From positions 46,562,001 to 46,626,000 of the forward strand of contig CM052838.1 in NCBI GenBank assembly GCA_028534125.1: a stretch of DNA of 64,000 nucleotides, in the 5' to 3' direction. How positions within the stretch are numbered: position 1 is the first letter of the stretch; each line of letters starts with the position of its first letter. The notes beneath the pieces were generated by a model. It was not told where the DNA came from. It ran no database searches and worked only from the letters and a program-made list of their open reading frames with translations. Made by a program: the position numbers and the translations under genes. The DNA comes from Lama glama. Taxonomy: Eukaryota. Positions 11,901 to 25,232 of this stretch are shown here, piece after piece.

Positions 11901-14900
11901 TCAGGCTTTCGGTCCCTTTCCTCTTATTTGGGCTTTTGAGCCTGGGGCAGGGGTACATTAACGGTATTTGTACAGCCCTGTACTACTGTCATTTTACTAT
12001 AAATATTTCAAGTTATACACCTTAATTCTCAGAGTTCCACTATGAGGTAGACCGTACCTCTATTTTAGAGATGAGAACACAGACTGAGAAAGGCCAAGGG
12101 ACTTGCTTTGGACCACACAGCCAGGGAGTGATGGAACATAGTGTAGCCAGTATTTCTCAAAACGTAGGCTGACTATCGTTAGTTTAAATCTTTTAAGGGA
12201 ATGCAGTTTCTGGGCGTCACTTCAGACTTAGTGAGTCAGACCCTGTGCAGGTGGAGTCTGGGAATCTGCATTTTTCTAGTCCATCGCCTTAACCTCTTGG
12301 CCATGACTACAGCTTGGGAATCTGCATTTTTAAATAAATTCTTCCAAGCGGGTATTGATGTATGGCGAAGTTTGAAACCATTCATTTAGGAACAAGCTTT
12401 GGTTGGACAGACCGGAGTTCAGTGTCTGTGTTGCTTTTGCTTGTGTGGTGCTGATTATTATTCATCCAAAGCTTGAGCTTTTTTTTTTATTTCCCTCTGT
12501 TAAATGGGTTATTGTGAAATTTAGTTATAATATATGTAAAGTGTCTGACACTGATAAGTTTATACCTAGTATCCATTACTGACACCTGAGGCTCCCCCTT
12601 CCCCCCTTTCCCCAGCAAAACAACACAAAACACTATAAAGTCTCAAAGGTGATCCTGAACCAATAAGAGATGTAGAGCCTCTAGCCAAATTAATCTGTAT
12701 TTATGAGACCTAATCTTTGCAGCATTGCCAGAAGCGAATGAATACATAGCATTGTAAGCCATAAGTAGAAATGTGTGCAAATGTGATTGAGAGAAATCTT
12801 TCCTAAATGCAGAGTTTTGTGAATGAACTATAAGATGGATGAATTATGTTGTTGGTTATTTTGCTATAATCTTTCATCTCTTCAGAAACTTGACCTGTTT
12901 TTTATATTGTATCTCAGAAACTAGTAAGGAGGAAAAGAGGTCATCAGAATAACCAAAAGTACTTATAAAATTTGTGCAGTAAAGAGCATAACAGTAGTGT
13001 AATTGCAACTTTAAAATTTCCAACAAACTGTGATTCAATTGACAGATGTGTCATAGTTTGTTATTGCTATATTAGAAATAAATATTCATGTTTTCTGCTT
13101 CAAATGGTGGTTATAGAAATGTTTTAAGCATATAAAATAGATTTATCTTTTAGAAATATAAATAAGGCAAATTCTCCTCACCATTAACATGTTTATATTT
13201 TATATGGAATGATAGATGTACATATGTGAAGGTAACACAGTATGGGATGTGTTACGGGAAAGTTACAAAGTACTTATGTAGCTAAGAGAGCTAGGAGTGT
13301 TAAGCCAGGGCTTGGCTTGGCTTGGTGGTAGTGGGTGCCATTTGCAACTGAGCCTTGAGAGAAGATTAATACACTTTTTTGACTTGCACATACCATGTTT
13401 TATAAAATTTGTCTTTAAAATAAGTAGCTCCAGGAAAAATATTGAATCTTTTTGTTACTGATTTGAAAATTTTATTTTATGATACGGACATACCGAGGGA
13501 GTTTTGAATGGGTGACAGAAACAAAGTGAATCCCATTAAAAGATTATGTGATCGTGTTGGGGAAGAGAGTTTGAAAGGAGAGGGACAAACATGTGAGAAA
13601 CAGTTCACCTCTGGACCTTAGCAAAACAGCCTTAGTCTCTTGGTACGTGTCAGGTCATTTTCTTGAAAGCTGTTTTTTGTTTTTTAAACAGTTGGAAGTG
13701 TAGCTGTGGAGGACCAGCCGGATGTCAGTGCCGTGCTGTCAGCCTACAACCAACAAGGAGACCCCACAATGTATGAAGAATACTATAGTGGACTGAAACA
13801 CTTCATTGAATGTTCCTTGGACTGCCATCGGGCAGAGTTATCCCAACTCTTTTATCCCCTATTTGTACACATGTACTTGGAACTCGTCTACAATCAACAT
13901 GAGAATGAAGCAAAATCATTCTTTGAGAAGTATGTGAATTTATATATATATAAAATATGTATATATAGCACATATATATAATGTATATACGCATCTGTAA
14001 CTACACAAATGTAAGATTGCAACTCAAAAAGTACTTTGTGAAGAAGAGGTACCTGGTATTATGAGAACTACAGTGAGGGCTTTGATCTAGTTGAAGTCAG
14101 AGAAGGCTCCCAGAAAAGTGATGATTGATATAAGGTCTGAAGATTGGGTAGGAGTTAACCAGAGAAATAGAAAAAGGAAAAGCACGTGTGACAGCTTTAT
14201 GGCAGGATGGATCATAGTAGGTACAGAGACGAAAGAAGACCAGTGTGGCTGGAGGAGAGTATAGGGGTGGGGGGTGTGGTATAACATGAAGTTGGACAGT
14301 TGGTTAGGGGCTGGAACAGGCAAGTTCTTGAGCCATGCTAAGGGTCCTTGTTTATCTTAATAGCAGTAGCAGTAGGGGGTTATATTGGATAGGATTAGAT
14401 TTGGCTGAGATTCGCTGAAAATTCAAACAATACTGACATAAATAAAAGTTTATTTTTGCTTTTATCCTAAGAGCAATATGAAGCTGTGTTAAATTAGACT
14501 GAGAATGACTGGAAACACAAACAATAGAGGCTTAAATATGATAAAAATTTGTTTCCCTCTCTCTTGAAGGTAGGCAGTCCAGAACTGGTATGGAGTCCTT
14601 GATTATCAAGGACTTAGACTCTCTCGATCTTGTTGCTTTAACATCCTTGTCATGCAGTTCCACCTTGGTACAAGGTGACTCTCCAGCCCTAAGCACTCAC
14701 ATCAGTGTTACAGTCTGCTGTAACACTGGAGGGCATACATCCTTCCTGGAAGTTGCATATACTTTTCCCTTTTTTATGTCATTAGTCAGTGGCCACACCT
14801 GCCACTGGAGGTAGGAAATGTGGTCTTTATGTAGGTGTCTGTGTGCTCAGCTAATATTCAGGTGTTCTGGTGTGGAGGAAGAAAGAAAAAATGGGTATTT

Positions 14901-17900
14901 GGAAACAGTGAGACATCTCTGCTACAGAAGTCATTGAAGAACCATGTCCTTATTAGATTTCCATTTTGAAAGGATCTTTGTGCAGTGAGGAAAACAGATG
15001 GTGGGGGAACTATAAAGTAATTATAGATTGACCATTTTGGAGGTTATTGTTGTGGTTCTCAACTGGGGGTAACATTATTCCTCTCTCCCCTAGGCTATTT
15101 GAAAGTGGAGATGTTTTTGGTTGTCATAATGACTAGGCTGGAGGATCAGGTGGCTTAGGGATACCAAAAGTTCCAGTATGTGCAGGTAGTCCTTAGGAAA
15201 GAATTGTTCTGCCTCAAATTCTATTAGCACCCCTGTTGAGAGACAGTGAACTAGGGTGTGATAGTGTTGGTGAAGGGAAGTAGACATATTTGTGAGGCAC
15301 TTGGTGAAGGATTGGCTGTGGAGGTAAGGGAGATTAAAGTGTAATTGATTACCCCTAGGTTTCTGGCTACCCTAACTGAATAGGGGTGCTCTTCACTGAG
15401 ATAGAAAGCCCTAGAAGAGTACTGGGTTTGTCAGGGTTTGGAATAATCTGGAGTTCAGATTTGAATATGCCTTTGACTCATTTAAGAGATGTCAAGTTGA
15501 TAGATGGATGATATATTAGGCTCTGGACCTCAGAGGAGAAGTAGAGATGGAGCCATGAATTGGAGTTGTGTGCAGTATTGATGGATAGGGATGGGCTCGT
15601 CTAGGAGGCAGTATGAAATAAATCAGTGAGTGGGCTAGGCCCGAACCTTGAGGAATTCCGCCATTTGGAGTAGAAGAGATGGCCAAGTAGAAGAGAGATA
15701 AAAGGAGAAGCTAGTAAAGCAGGAAGAAAACTAGGAAAGTGTTGAGTTAAAGAAGCCAAAGAAAAGGAGTGTTTAAGAAGGAGACGGTGCTTAACAGTTT
15801 GAATGCGAGCTCTTTAATACAAGCATTAGACCCAGAAGCTAGGACTTGTCAGGTAATGAAGGTTGTGGTAATAGAGGAATAATAGAACTCAGGACTCCTG
15901 CTTCTGTGCCATTATATTCATTCATCATTCTACAATGCCTAATAGAAGGTATATAAAGCAAATGTTCTGTAGCTCAGTGTATTTGGAAAAAAAAATTAAG
16001 GCTGATGGTGACAGAATTTGTAAGCTAATTTTTCTTACTGTTATTGAAAAACCTCTTCCAGTGTCATGGTGCAGTCATCTCCTTACATAGGAAGCTGGAA
16101 TCTCCTAGGGGATTCTGTCTCCTTGTCATGGACAGTCTCAGCCCTTGCCAGGACCCCATGCTCAGTGAGGTTATGAGCAGTGACTAATATAAACACCAAG
16201 AGGCTGAGATTTCTAATTTTATTCAAATCTTGGACAGAAACTTGTGTCTTGATGAGTCATAATAGAGTAACACAGGTAACAGTTTAGGAATCCATTGGCT
16301 ATGTGTCTTGTCAGTGCTAGAGTCCTAGTATCTTATATTTAATCATTATTTTCTAAATGTTTTTGCATTGTTTACTGTTCTTAGTGAATGTCAATATATG
16401 ATCTTTACATTTGACTTTATTAGGAGTTAAGATTTGTAGAAATAAAAGTACATTTAAATTTACTAATTGTCACCAAGGCTGAAAGCTTTACTTAATTGCC
16501 TTTGGTAATGATGGGAATGATGAGTAAATGGGATTGCTTACTCTTTGATATCAACATGTTTGTTCTTAAGTCATGTTATTAAAATAGTGATGTTTAATAT
16601 TTACATCTGGTATTAAGATAAGAAATTATTACTAATGGTTGGTTTTATGAGCATGTCATGCATTAATTATGGGTGAGAGGCTGGGTGATTGGTATGTTGA
16701 GTCATTATACTAGTTTCTACTTTTGTATATGTTTGAAATATCCCATAATAAAAAGTTTTAAAAAGTGGGTTTTGAGAGAACATAAAATTTAGTAGAGCAA
16801 AGATTCTAACATTTTCAAATGTCTACCAATGGTGGCATTCAAATTAGACTGTCTACCAATGATGCGTATCTTATCGTTCATTCACTTATGGTATTTATTT
16901 CAAATTCTCTTAAAATGTTTCTAATGCATTTCATTAGAGAATTAGATTGGTCATTTTTAGGATGAATTCAGAAATGAATTGTGATCATTTTGAAATGTGT
17001 TACTTCTGATCCTACAGCTTAGTCCAGGATTATTCAGACTACTACGTTGAAAATATTCTAGGATGTTTATAAATATNNNNNNNNNNNNNNNNNNNNNNNN
17101 NNNNNNNNNNNNNNNNNNNNNNNNNNNNNNNNNNNNNNNNNNNNNNNNNNNNNNNNNNNNNNNNNNNNNNNNNNNNNNNNNNNNNNNNNNNNNNNNNNNN
17201 NNNNNNNNNNNNNNNNNNNNNNNNNNNNNNNNNNNNNNNNNNNNNNNNNNNNNNNNNNNNNNNNNNNNNNNNNNNNNNNNNNNNNNNNNNNNNNNNNNNN
17301 NNNNNNNNNNNNNNNNNNNNNNNNNNNNNNNNNNNNNNNNNNNNNNNNNNNNNNNNNNNNNNNNNNNNNNNNNNNNNNNNNNNNNNNNNNNNNNNNNNNN
17401 NNNNNNNNNNNNNNNNNNNNNNNNNNNNNNNNNNNNNNNNNNNNNNNNNNNNNNNNNNNNNNNNNNNNNNNNNNNNNNNNATATAATGCAGATTATGAAA
17501 AACTGTAGCATTTCCATCTACATAATTTACACATTTTTCTTATAGCTAGTTTGGGAATAATTTTACACTGTATACTAAGTTTCATGTTCTAAGGATGATG
17601 TATATATTAGTAAGAATTTGGGAATGGCTGCCTTTAACAGAACCCTGACTGCAATGGCTGAAACAAGTAAAACGAATTAAAGAGGAAGACCTTCCTAGAC
17701 TGGTGTGAGGGCTCCACAGTGCCCTCAAGGACTCTGGCTCCTTCTACTTTCTGCTCTGCCATCTTCAGAATGTGACTTTCTTCCTTGTGCTCACAGATGG
17801 CTATTGCAGCTGGAGCTTTACAACTGTGTTCCAGGAAGGCAGAAGGGGGAGGATGAGAGACATATACCTGCTGAATCTCTCTCATTTTATCAGGAAAACA

Positions 17901-20900
17901 GTATTGTTTTCTAAAGCACTGCCCAGTATATTTGTGTGTACATCTGTTGACCAGAATGATATTATATGGCCATTCCTAGCTGCAAGGAACTTGGAACAGA
18001 AATGATTTTAACTGAGCATAGTGCTGCTCCAACTAAATCAGGGTTCTGTTTGTAAGGAAGAAGGGGAGATTGGCTATTGGGTAGACAAGTACAGAATCTG
18101 CTTCAGGATAATAATGACCATACTGTAATTGTGATTCCTCCTATCAAGATAGGAAAAGGATGTATTAATGAACAAAAAGGTCATTTTAAAAAATTGGCTC
18201 TTTTTACTCGTAGGTATTTTTTGGTTTATTAAAAGAGCCAGAAATTGAGGTGCCTTTGGATGATGAGGATGAAGAAGGAGAAAATGAAGAAGGGAAACCT
18301 AAAAAGAAGAAGCCTAAAAAAGATAGTATTGGATCCAAAAGCAAAAAACAAGATCCCAATGCTCCACCTCAAAACAGGTGAGGGAAAAAAACCTCACGAA
18401 CATGTGTAGAGGTATAAGGCGATACATTATAGATGGTTCAAGTTTCTTAATACTCAGAGTAATTTCTAGTCTGTTTTTCTTTCACAGAATCCCTCTTCCT
18501 GAGTTGAAAGATTCAGATAAGCTGGATAAGATAATGAATATGAAAGAAACCACCAAACGAGTGCGCCTCGGGCCAGATTGTTTACCCTCCATTTGTTTCT
18601 ATACATTCCTCAATGCTTACCAGGTTGGTAAAACAGTTGGGCAGTGTCTGCCTGGAGAGTCATGTTAGAATGGTGATTACCATTAAAAGAAACTTAGATG
18701 TGTTAACTAAAATGGAGTTTTCTTATTTAAACTCTTGATGTAAATATGGCTTAAAGCAGTTAGGGAAGGAGAATTAGATACTGCTCAGAACAGATAGAAG
18801 GTAATGTTTGAAAGACCTTTAACAACTTGTAGGTCCTAAAATCTTGCTTATTTGTGGCCTTTGTTTCACTGATCAGAATTCTGCTAGCCTTTAGAAGAAG
18901 GAAGCTGTGTGGTTCATCTCTCTTGAACTTGACTTTAAGTACTTACTGTAAACTTAATAATTCTTCATTATCTTTATAGACTCTATATATAATAGGGTGC
19001 GAGGATATATTTAGTGAAGTACAAACATGACTAACATCTGCACTCCAAACTTGGAGGGCAAAAAGCGGGTAAATGATTGTATGTTCTCAAAGTACATGCT
19101 TTCAAACGATGGATTTCATAGGAGAATGAAATCTCAAATAATCTTTTATATGAGAAAAATGCCTATCCTTATGTATTCTCTAAGATGTGATTGTAATTTT
19201 TCCCAAAAAAACAGTATAAGGCTTTTTTCTAATTAAAAATTTTTTTTAACATTTTTATTGGCAGGGTCTCACTGCGGTGGATGTCACTGATGATTCTAGT
19301 TTGATTGCTGGAGGTTTTGCAGATTCAACTGTCAGAGTGTGGTCTGTGACACCCAAAAAGCTTCGTAGTGTCAAACAAGCAGCAGGTAACTGAGATGACT
19401 TGTCAGGATGTAAATTCATCATTAGTTTACACCAATCTTGATCCCATGGAATATACATAAGACATTGTAATCTCAGCAGACTTTCACTTGATTTTACTTT
19501 TAAGTCAAAATGGCTAACAACATTCCCAACAGTGAAAAGTGCATTGGAGTTGCAATCAGGAGACTGGGGTGCTACACTGGTTTAACTTTTTTGAGCCTCA
19601 GTTTTCTCATCTGTAGAATGAGGGGATAAGGCTAGAAAACTCCCTAAGGTTAAAACTGTCCTATTTTGGTTGTTTTTTTTGTGAATTAAAAAAAAACCTT
19701 TAAGTAAATAGTGGGGAGAGTACTTTCTGTTTTAGCCATAAAAATGGCTAAAATGAACTAATAAGGTTAGGATTTCATTTTAAAGAAAGTTTCTTGCTAA
19801 TTGTGTTGTTTAAACAAGATAATACATTTTTGATAATTTAGTATTTCTGTAGTTTTATAAATTTTTGAAACATTGTGATATGGTTGACAAATTTGAGTTT
19901 CAGTTCTAGTTTCAACACTAAGCTGTGTGCACTCTGGCATATAATTTAACTGTTCTGAACCTCATTTTTTTCTCTTATCCACTGGGATGATAGCTAATTT
20001 AGAGGCATTTGCACAGTGGTTGGTATGTAGGAGAAACTGTTCAAATGTTAGTTGTTCTCTTAAACTGTGATGTAATTGTCTTAAAATGTTTTAATTAATG
20101 TCCTTTTAAAAATTAATATTTCTGGACTATTTTAGATCTTAGCCTCATAGATAAAGAATCAGATGATGTCTTAGAAAGAATCATGGATGAGAAAACAGCA
20201 AGTGAATTGAAGATTTTGTATGGTCACAGTGGGCCTGTCTATGGAGCCAGCTTCAGTCCAGATAGGTAAAATACCAAGCAATAAATATTAAATACTGCAG
20301 TCTTACGTTGGGACTATATGAGTGTTAACTACTGGAAACATTATGCAAATGTTGGGGAAAAAATCTGTTAGAAAAATCTCATGGTTGCCTATCATTCATT
20401 ATCTTTGAGAATCTTGCCATCTGCTAATTCATCTTGGGGTACTGATATACAATACCCAGATTTACAGAATCAAGATGAATAGCTTCAGTGTTTGCCAGTT
20501 ATAAAAATTAGCTTCAGTTTTGTAACTCCAATAAGGGTTGAATTGCTTCTTTGGGTTCCTGCTTTGGGTTTTGTGGCTACTGCTATCAATTGACTTATCT
20601 TTGTATAATCAGAAGAACTAGGGGAATAGTGTAAAGGGAATTTAAAACCCACAAAAGGTGTTTGCCTATTTTTCATGATCTCTAATATTCTGTAGAAATG
20701 GGGGAGGGTATTTTGTTTTCATAATGCTACCTATATCTTATTGGATAGATAATAGCTTTCAATCCATCAAGATTTTCATCTTTATGAAACTGAGAATGAG
20801 GATTTTTGTTGTTTTACAGGGTTTAGCCAGATAGTACATTTTTACTCAAGGGAAACTTCTGATTTCAGTGAAAACCTTATTACTTTCTGAGTAGCTCAGC

Positions 20901-23298
20901 TTTTGTGTTTAGCCCTGATGAAGGTAGAGTATTAATGGCATGTCTGTAGTGTTCTTTTTGCTTTTTTTTTTTTTTGTCCAAAAGATGTTTACTTTAAAAT
21001 TCTTACACAACTTGTACAGGATATGAAAATTGCATCTCCATTTTAAAGTAAAAAATTTACTGAGTTTTAAGTGACATATCACATTTCTTAGAAGCCCTTC
21101 TCAGTTTACCAATCTGACCATACTTTTTGTCATTACCTGTTGGTATTTTTTTTTCTCCTAAAGAATTGTGATTTTCCTTTTAAGAGATATGTTTTTAAAA
21201 TAATCTAACCTCATTTAGTAGGTACTCAGTAGATACAGTGTTACGACTAACACTAGTTAGTACTTTCAACTCTTGTTATCTACTGTGGATTTCATGTATA
21301 AATTAAAAGTGAGATAAGTAGCATGTCAGTTAGCTACATTTAATACATTCAAATATATGCAAAAGATGGACAGGTAACTAAGTTATTTTAGGAATCAAAT
21401 ATATTACTTTCTCTTCTCTCAGGAACTATCTGCTTTCCTCTTCAGAGGATGGAACTGTTAGATTGTGGAGTCTTCAAACATTTACTTGCTTGGTGGGATA
21501 TAAAGGACACAACTATCCAGTGTGGGACACACAGTTTTCTCCATACGGATACTATTTTGTGTCAGGGGGCCACGACCGAGTAGCTCGGTAAGAATGTTGT
21601 GATCTTGTGACTGGGCCTGTTCAAGGAACAAACAGAATTTTTCTTGTAGTAATTGCAAACTCCAGCCAAACTCATTTTCACTTTTATTCAGTAACAACTT
21701 TTTGAGAATGTCAGCATTTATAGGTCCTTATTTGAAAATGAATTTGGGATAGGACTCTTACCTTGTCTGCAGTCATGTCTATAGAGTCCATGCTCTTCCC
21801 CTGCCCGCCACCAGATGCAAAACGGTCTTTCACAACCACTGTAGCACCTTTGTTTCTCTGTCATCTCCTTAAAAGTTCAGAATTGAGGTAGCATGGGTTA
21901 TAAACCATGTGGTGATCAGAACTAGGGAAAAATACTTTTCTGCGGGTTAGACTAAGAGTTGAGTGAGGTACGGGGGTGTACATACAGAGAACTAAAGTAT
22001 TATAGGATTAAAAAACTTTTGTACCAGATCAGTTTAGTTCTTCTTAAGAATGTTTAGTCTCAGACATTCCATCTTTCTTTGCTCAGGTAACTAATGAGGG
22101 GGACCCATTTGGAGCCAACATTTCACTTGGATGTTTCTGTATTTATTCTGGATAGGATTTTGGTATTTCACAGTTAATTGCTAATTATCTTTTGTTTTCA
22201 ATTTTTTTTTTTTTTTGAAGGCTCTGGGCTACAGACCACTACCAGCCTTTAAGGATATTTGCTGGCCATCTTGCCGATGTGAATTGTACCAGATTCCATC
22301 CAAATTCTAATTATGTTGCTACGGGCTCTGCAGACAGAACTGTGAGGCTCTGGGATGTCCTGAATGGGAACTGTGTAAGGATCTTCACTGGACACAAGGT
22401 ATTTTACACCTTTATTATTCCAGCACTCAAGGTTCTTTTTGAGATAAGTTTAAAAAATAACCAGTGAGACATACACATTAAAGATACTGTTCATACCACT
22501 GAACTTTGTAATTCTAACTTTTGCCTTACTTTCTTAGGTATTTTTAACCCTACTTCTGATAACCTTTTTTCCAACTTTTCTAGGGACCAATTCACTCCTT
22601 AACATTTTCTCCCAATGGGAGATTCCTGGCTACAGGAGCAACAGATGGCAGAGTACTCCTTTGGGATATTGGACATGGTTTGATGGTTGGAGAATTAAAA
22701 GGTCACACTGATACAGTCTGTTCACTAAGATTTAGTAGAGATGGTGAAATTTTGGCATCAGGTAAGTGACTAGAAATGGCTTTGCGGTAATGGGTCAATG
22801 GTACATTTAAAGGAAACACAATATTGACAATTGCAAAATTAAGTCCTGCTGTTTTAGGTTTTGCTTCTCCTTAGCAATGATTCCAGAGTGTCACCTACAT
22901 GTATATTGACTTCTCAGGTTAAACTACTGCTTGAAATGCTTCTTTAGAGGGAAAAGAGTTGTTAATCAAGTTCAGATTTCTTCATCAGAAATATACAGTA
23001 AATGCATAAATTACTTGACAGAATGTCAGAATCTAAATATGGTAGATGCTACTAAATGCTTTCCTTTGATTTCCTCTTAGGTTCAATGGATAATACAGTC
23101 CGGTTATGGGATGCTGTTAAAGCATTTGAAGATTTAGAGACTGATGACTTTACTACAGCCACCGGGCATATAAATTTACCTGAGAATTCACAGGAGTTAT
23201 TGTTGGGAACATATATGACCAAATCAACACCAGTTGTACACCTCCATTTTACTCGAAGAAACTTGGTTCTAGCTGCAGGAGCTTATAGTCCACAATAA
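11082..23298 (+). CDS. TAF5: TAF5, TFIID subunit 5 (LisH/NTD2 + WD40), multi-exon CDS
   Basis: Spliced translation matches TAF5 as recalled (DRQTLLAVLQFLRQ, YEEYYSGLKHFIE, WD40 repeats, C-terminus LAAGAYSPQ*). All visible junctions are GT-AG and phase-consistent. ATG at ~11082 is inferred inside N run 11002-11133; exon 3 is inferred inside N run 17077-17480. Confidence 0.97.
11134..11640 (+). CDS. TAF5: TAF5 exon 1 (visible part; 5' end in N run)
   Basis: GPPALLPPQAG...AAPGK; donor AAG|gtgagc at 11641. Confidence 0.95.
13692..13929 (+). CDS. TAF5: TAF5 exon 2
   Basis: acag|TTGGAAGT...GAGAA|gtatgt; VGSVAVEDQPD...SFFEK. Confidence 0.95.
18214..18377 (+). CDS. TAF5: TAF5 exon 4
   Basis: tag|GTATTT...AACAG|gtgagg; VFFGLLKEPE...PPQN, includes basic KPKKKKPKK. 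Confidence 0.95.
18488..18623 (+). CDS. TAF5: TAF5 exon 5
   Basis: cacag|AATC...CAG|gttggt; IPLPELKD...LNAYQ. Confidence 0.95.
19265..19385 (+). CDS. TAF5: TAF5 exon 6
   Basis: gcag|GGTCTC...CAG|gtaact; GLTAVDVTDD...KQAA. Confidence 0.95.
20136..20265 (+). CDS. TAF5: TAF5 exon 7
   Basis: tttag|ATCTT...GATAG|gtaaaa; DLSLIDKE...FSPD. Confidence 0.95.
21423..21587 (+). CDS. TAF5: TAF5 exon 8
   Basis: ctcag|GAAC...GCTCG|gtaaga; NYLLSSSEDG...DRVA. Confidence 0.95.
22221..22398 (+). CDS. TAF5: TAF5 exon 9
   Basis: gaag|GCTC...AAG|gtattt; LWATDHYQ...FTGHK. Confidence 0.95.
22584..22761 (+). CDS. TAF5: TAF5 exon 10
   Basis: ctag|GGACCA...TCAG|gtaagt; GPIHSLTF...EILAS. Confidence 0.95.
23081..23298 (+). 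CDS. TAF5: TAF5 exon 11 (coding part, TAA 23296-23298)
   Basis: cttag|GTTCAATG; SMDNTVRLWD...AYSPQ*. Confidence 0.96.
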
Positions 23299-24175
23299 AC
23301 CATCGGTATTAAAGACCTCTGGANNNNNNNNNNNNNNNNNNNNNNNNNNNNNNNNNNNNNNNNNNNNNNNNNNNNNNNNNNNNNNNNNNNNNNNNNNNNN
23401 NNNNNNNNNNNNNNNNNNNNNNNNNNNNNNNNNNNNNNNNNNNNNNNNNNNNNNNNNNNNNNNNNNNNNNNNNNNNNNNNNNNNNNNNNNNNNNNNNNNN
23501 NNNNNNNNNNNNNNNNNNNNNNNNNNNNNNNNNNNNNNNNNNNNNNNNNNNNNNNNNNNNNNNNNNNNNNNNNNNNNNNNNNNNNNNNNNNNNNNNNAAA
23601 ATCAAGTGATTTCAATAATTCATCTTGCTTCAAGATTCAAATTGAGTAATAATAATACCATCTTGAATTTTAGCTGAAGAATTCTATGAGCATGTATGTT
23701 TCTGCTGTAAAAATGTAGTTACTGTATGGCACTCAAGTACTATGTTAAATGATCCACTAACATTTTTGCTTGGCTCATGATTAGTGGAATGTATATAACT
23801 GGGTAGGTGAACTACAGTTCCTTTCTGAGAAATAGATGAAGTACAACCATCCACTGACATCTGAATTTATACCTTTTGGATTTTGAGTGCACCCAAACAT
23901 TCTATAAACCAGGTGAAGAAATTAACTTCCATGTTCTACTTCAGCTAAAATGGCTACATACNNNNNNNNNNNNNNNNNNNNNNNNNNNNNNNNNNNNNNN
24001 NNNNNNNNNNNNNNNNNNNNNNNNNNNNNNNNNNNNNNNNNNNNNNNNNNNNNNNNNNNNNNNNNNNNNNNNNNNNNNNNNNNNNNNNNNNNNNNNNNNN
24101 NNNNNNNNNNNNNNNNNNNNNNNNNNNNNNNNNNNNNNNNNNNNNNNNNNNNNNNNNNNNNNNNNNNNNNNNNNN

Positions 24176-24234
24176 GAGCTGACATTAGTTTCTTCAGGCG
24201 TGGGAACTTAACAGATGAGGTACAGTTTAGGATC
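24176..24234 (-). other. ATP5MK: ATP5MK terminal 3'-UTR exon (continues into N run 23962-24175)
   Basis: Minus-strand acceptor tttactttgtttatag|GATCCTAAACTG; ACCTCATCTGTTAAGTTCCCA resembles the mammalian ATP5MK 3' UTR as recalled. Confidence 0.8.
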
Positions 24235-25012
24235 CTATAAACAAAGTAAAAATAGTTTAGACACAAATGTGTTCAACTCTACCTTTAAGACTTAGTAATT
24301 ACTCGTACAGGACTATCCAGGAACCTCCCCTGAAATTAATGCAAATTAATTAGAATCTCAAAGGAGTCAGTTACTCCTCAAAATTTAGGTGTCTCTCAGC
24401 TTAACACAGTTTAACCTACACTCCACTTGAACAAAAAGCTGCCAATAATTCAGAATGATCCTAATCATATACCACTGGAAAAGCCTAGTACATAAAGTAA
24501 CATTGTAAACACTAGAAAACAGAGAAGGTGGTAGTATCCTCATTAGAAAAACAAAATTAGGAGGTACCTAATAAGAAAAATGGGGCAAAAAACCACCTGT
24601 TTGTCAAGAATAAGTAACGGACCACACAGCATTCTAGGATATGCAGTCCCCTAAGTCAACAGTTTTGGGATTGGAAAAGCTTTTAAGAGTGGAAGAAAAT
24701 TTTTCTGTTATAGATAACTACATTAGATCTGGGTTTTGGGTTTTTTGCACATCATCTGCTAACACACCAAATATTTATTCACTCAAGCAAGGGCAAATGG
24801 AGACTGGATGGCACTATAAGAGAACGAAATCTGAGGGATTTAAGGAAAAGACAGAATTACTTACATAAAAATTTGAAACTAGCAAGCGAACTAGTAAAAA
24901 CATTTGCAACTGATTTAAAAGGTTGATTAATTACTACAAAAAGAGCATATCGAGAAAGGTCTTCACAAAAAGAAAGTCCCCATTGTTACACGAGAAAAAC
25001 ACATGAAGAAAA

Positions 25013-25232
25013 TGTTAAAAATACAAATGGCAAACAAAAATATACAACTTCATCAAAAAAATTATTTTTACTCATCAAGTGAACAAAAATCAGAAACTGA
25101 CATTATTCAACATTGCCACACACAGAGAATGTTTGTTAAAAATATAAATGGTAAACAAAAATACACAACTTCATCAAAAAAATTTTTCACTCATCAAATT
25201 AACAAAAATCAGAAACTGACATTATTCAACAT
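25013..25232. repeat. ~100-bp diverged direct duplication in an ATP5MK intron
   Basis: 25013-25113 vs 25134-25232 share acaacttcatcaaaaaaatt and aacaaaaatcagaaactgacattattcaacat. Confidence 0.85.

Noticed and set aside
13930-18213. TAF5 exon loss or pseudogene
   Set aside because: The missing exon fits the 404-N run and all other exons are intact.
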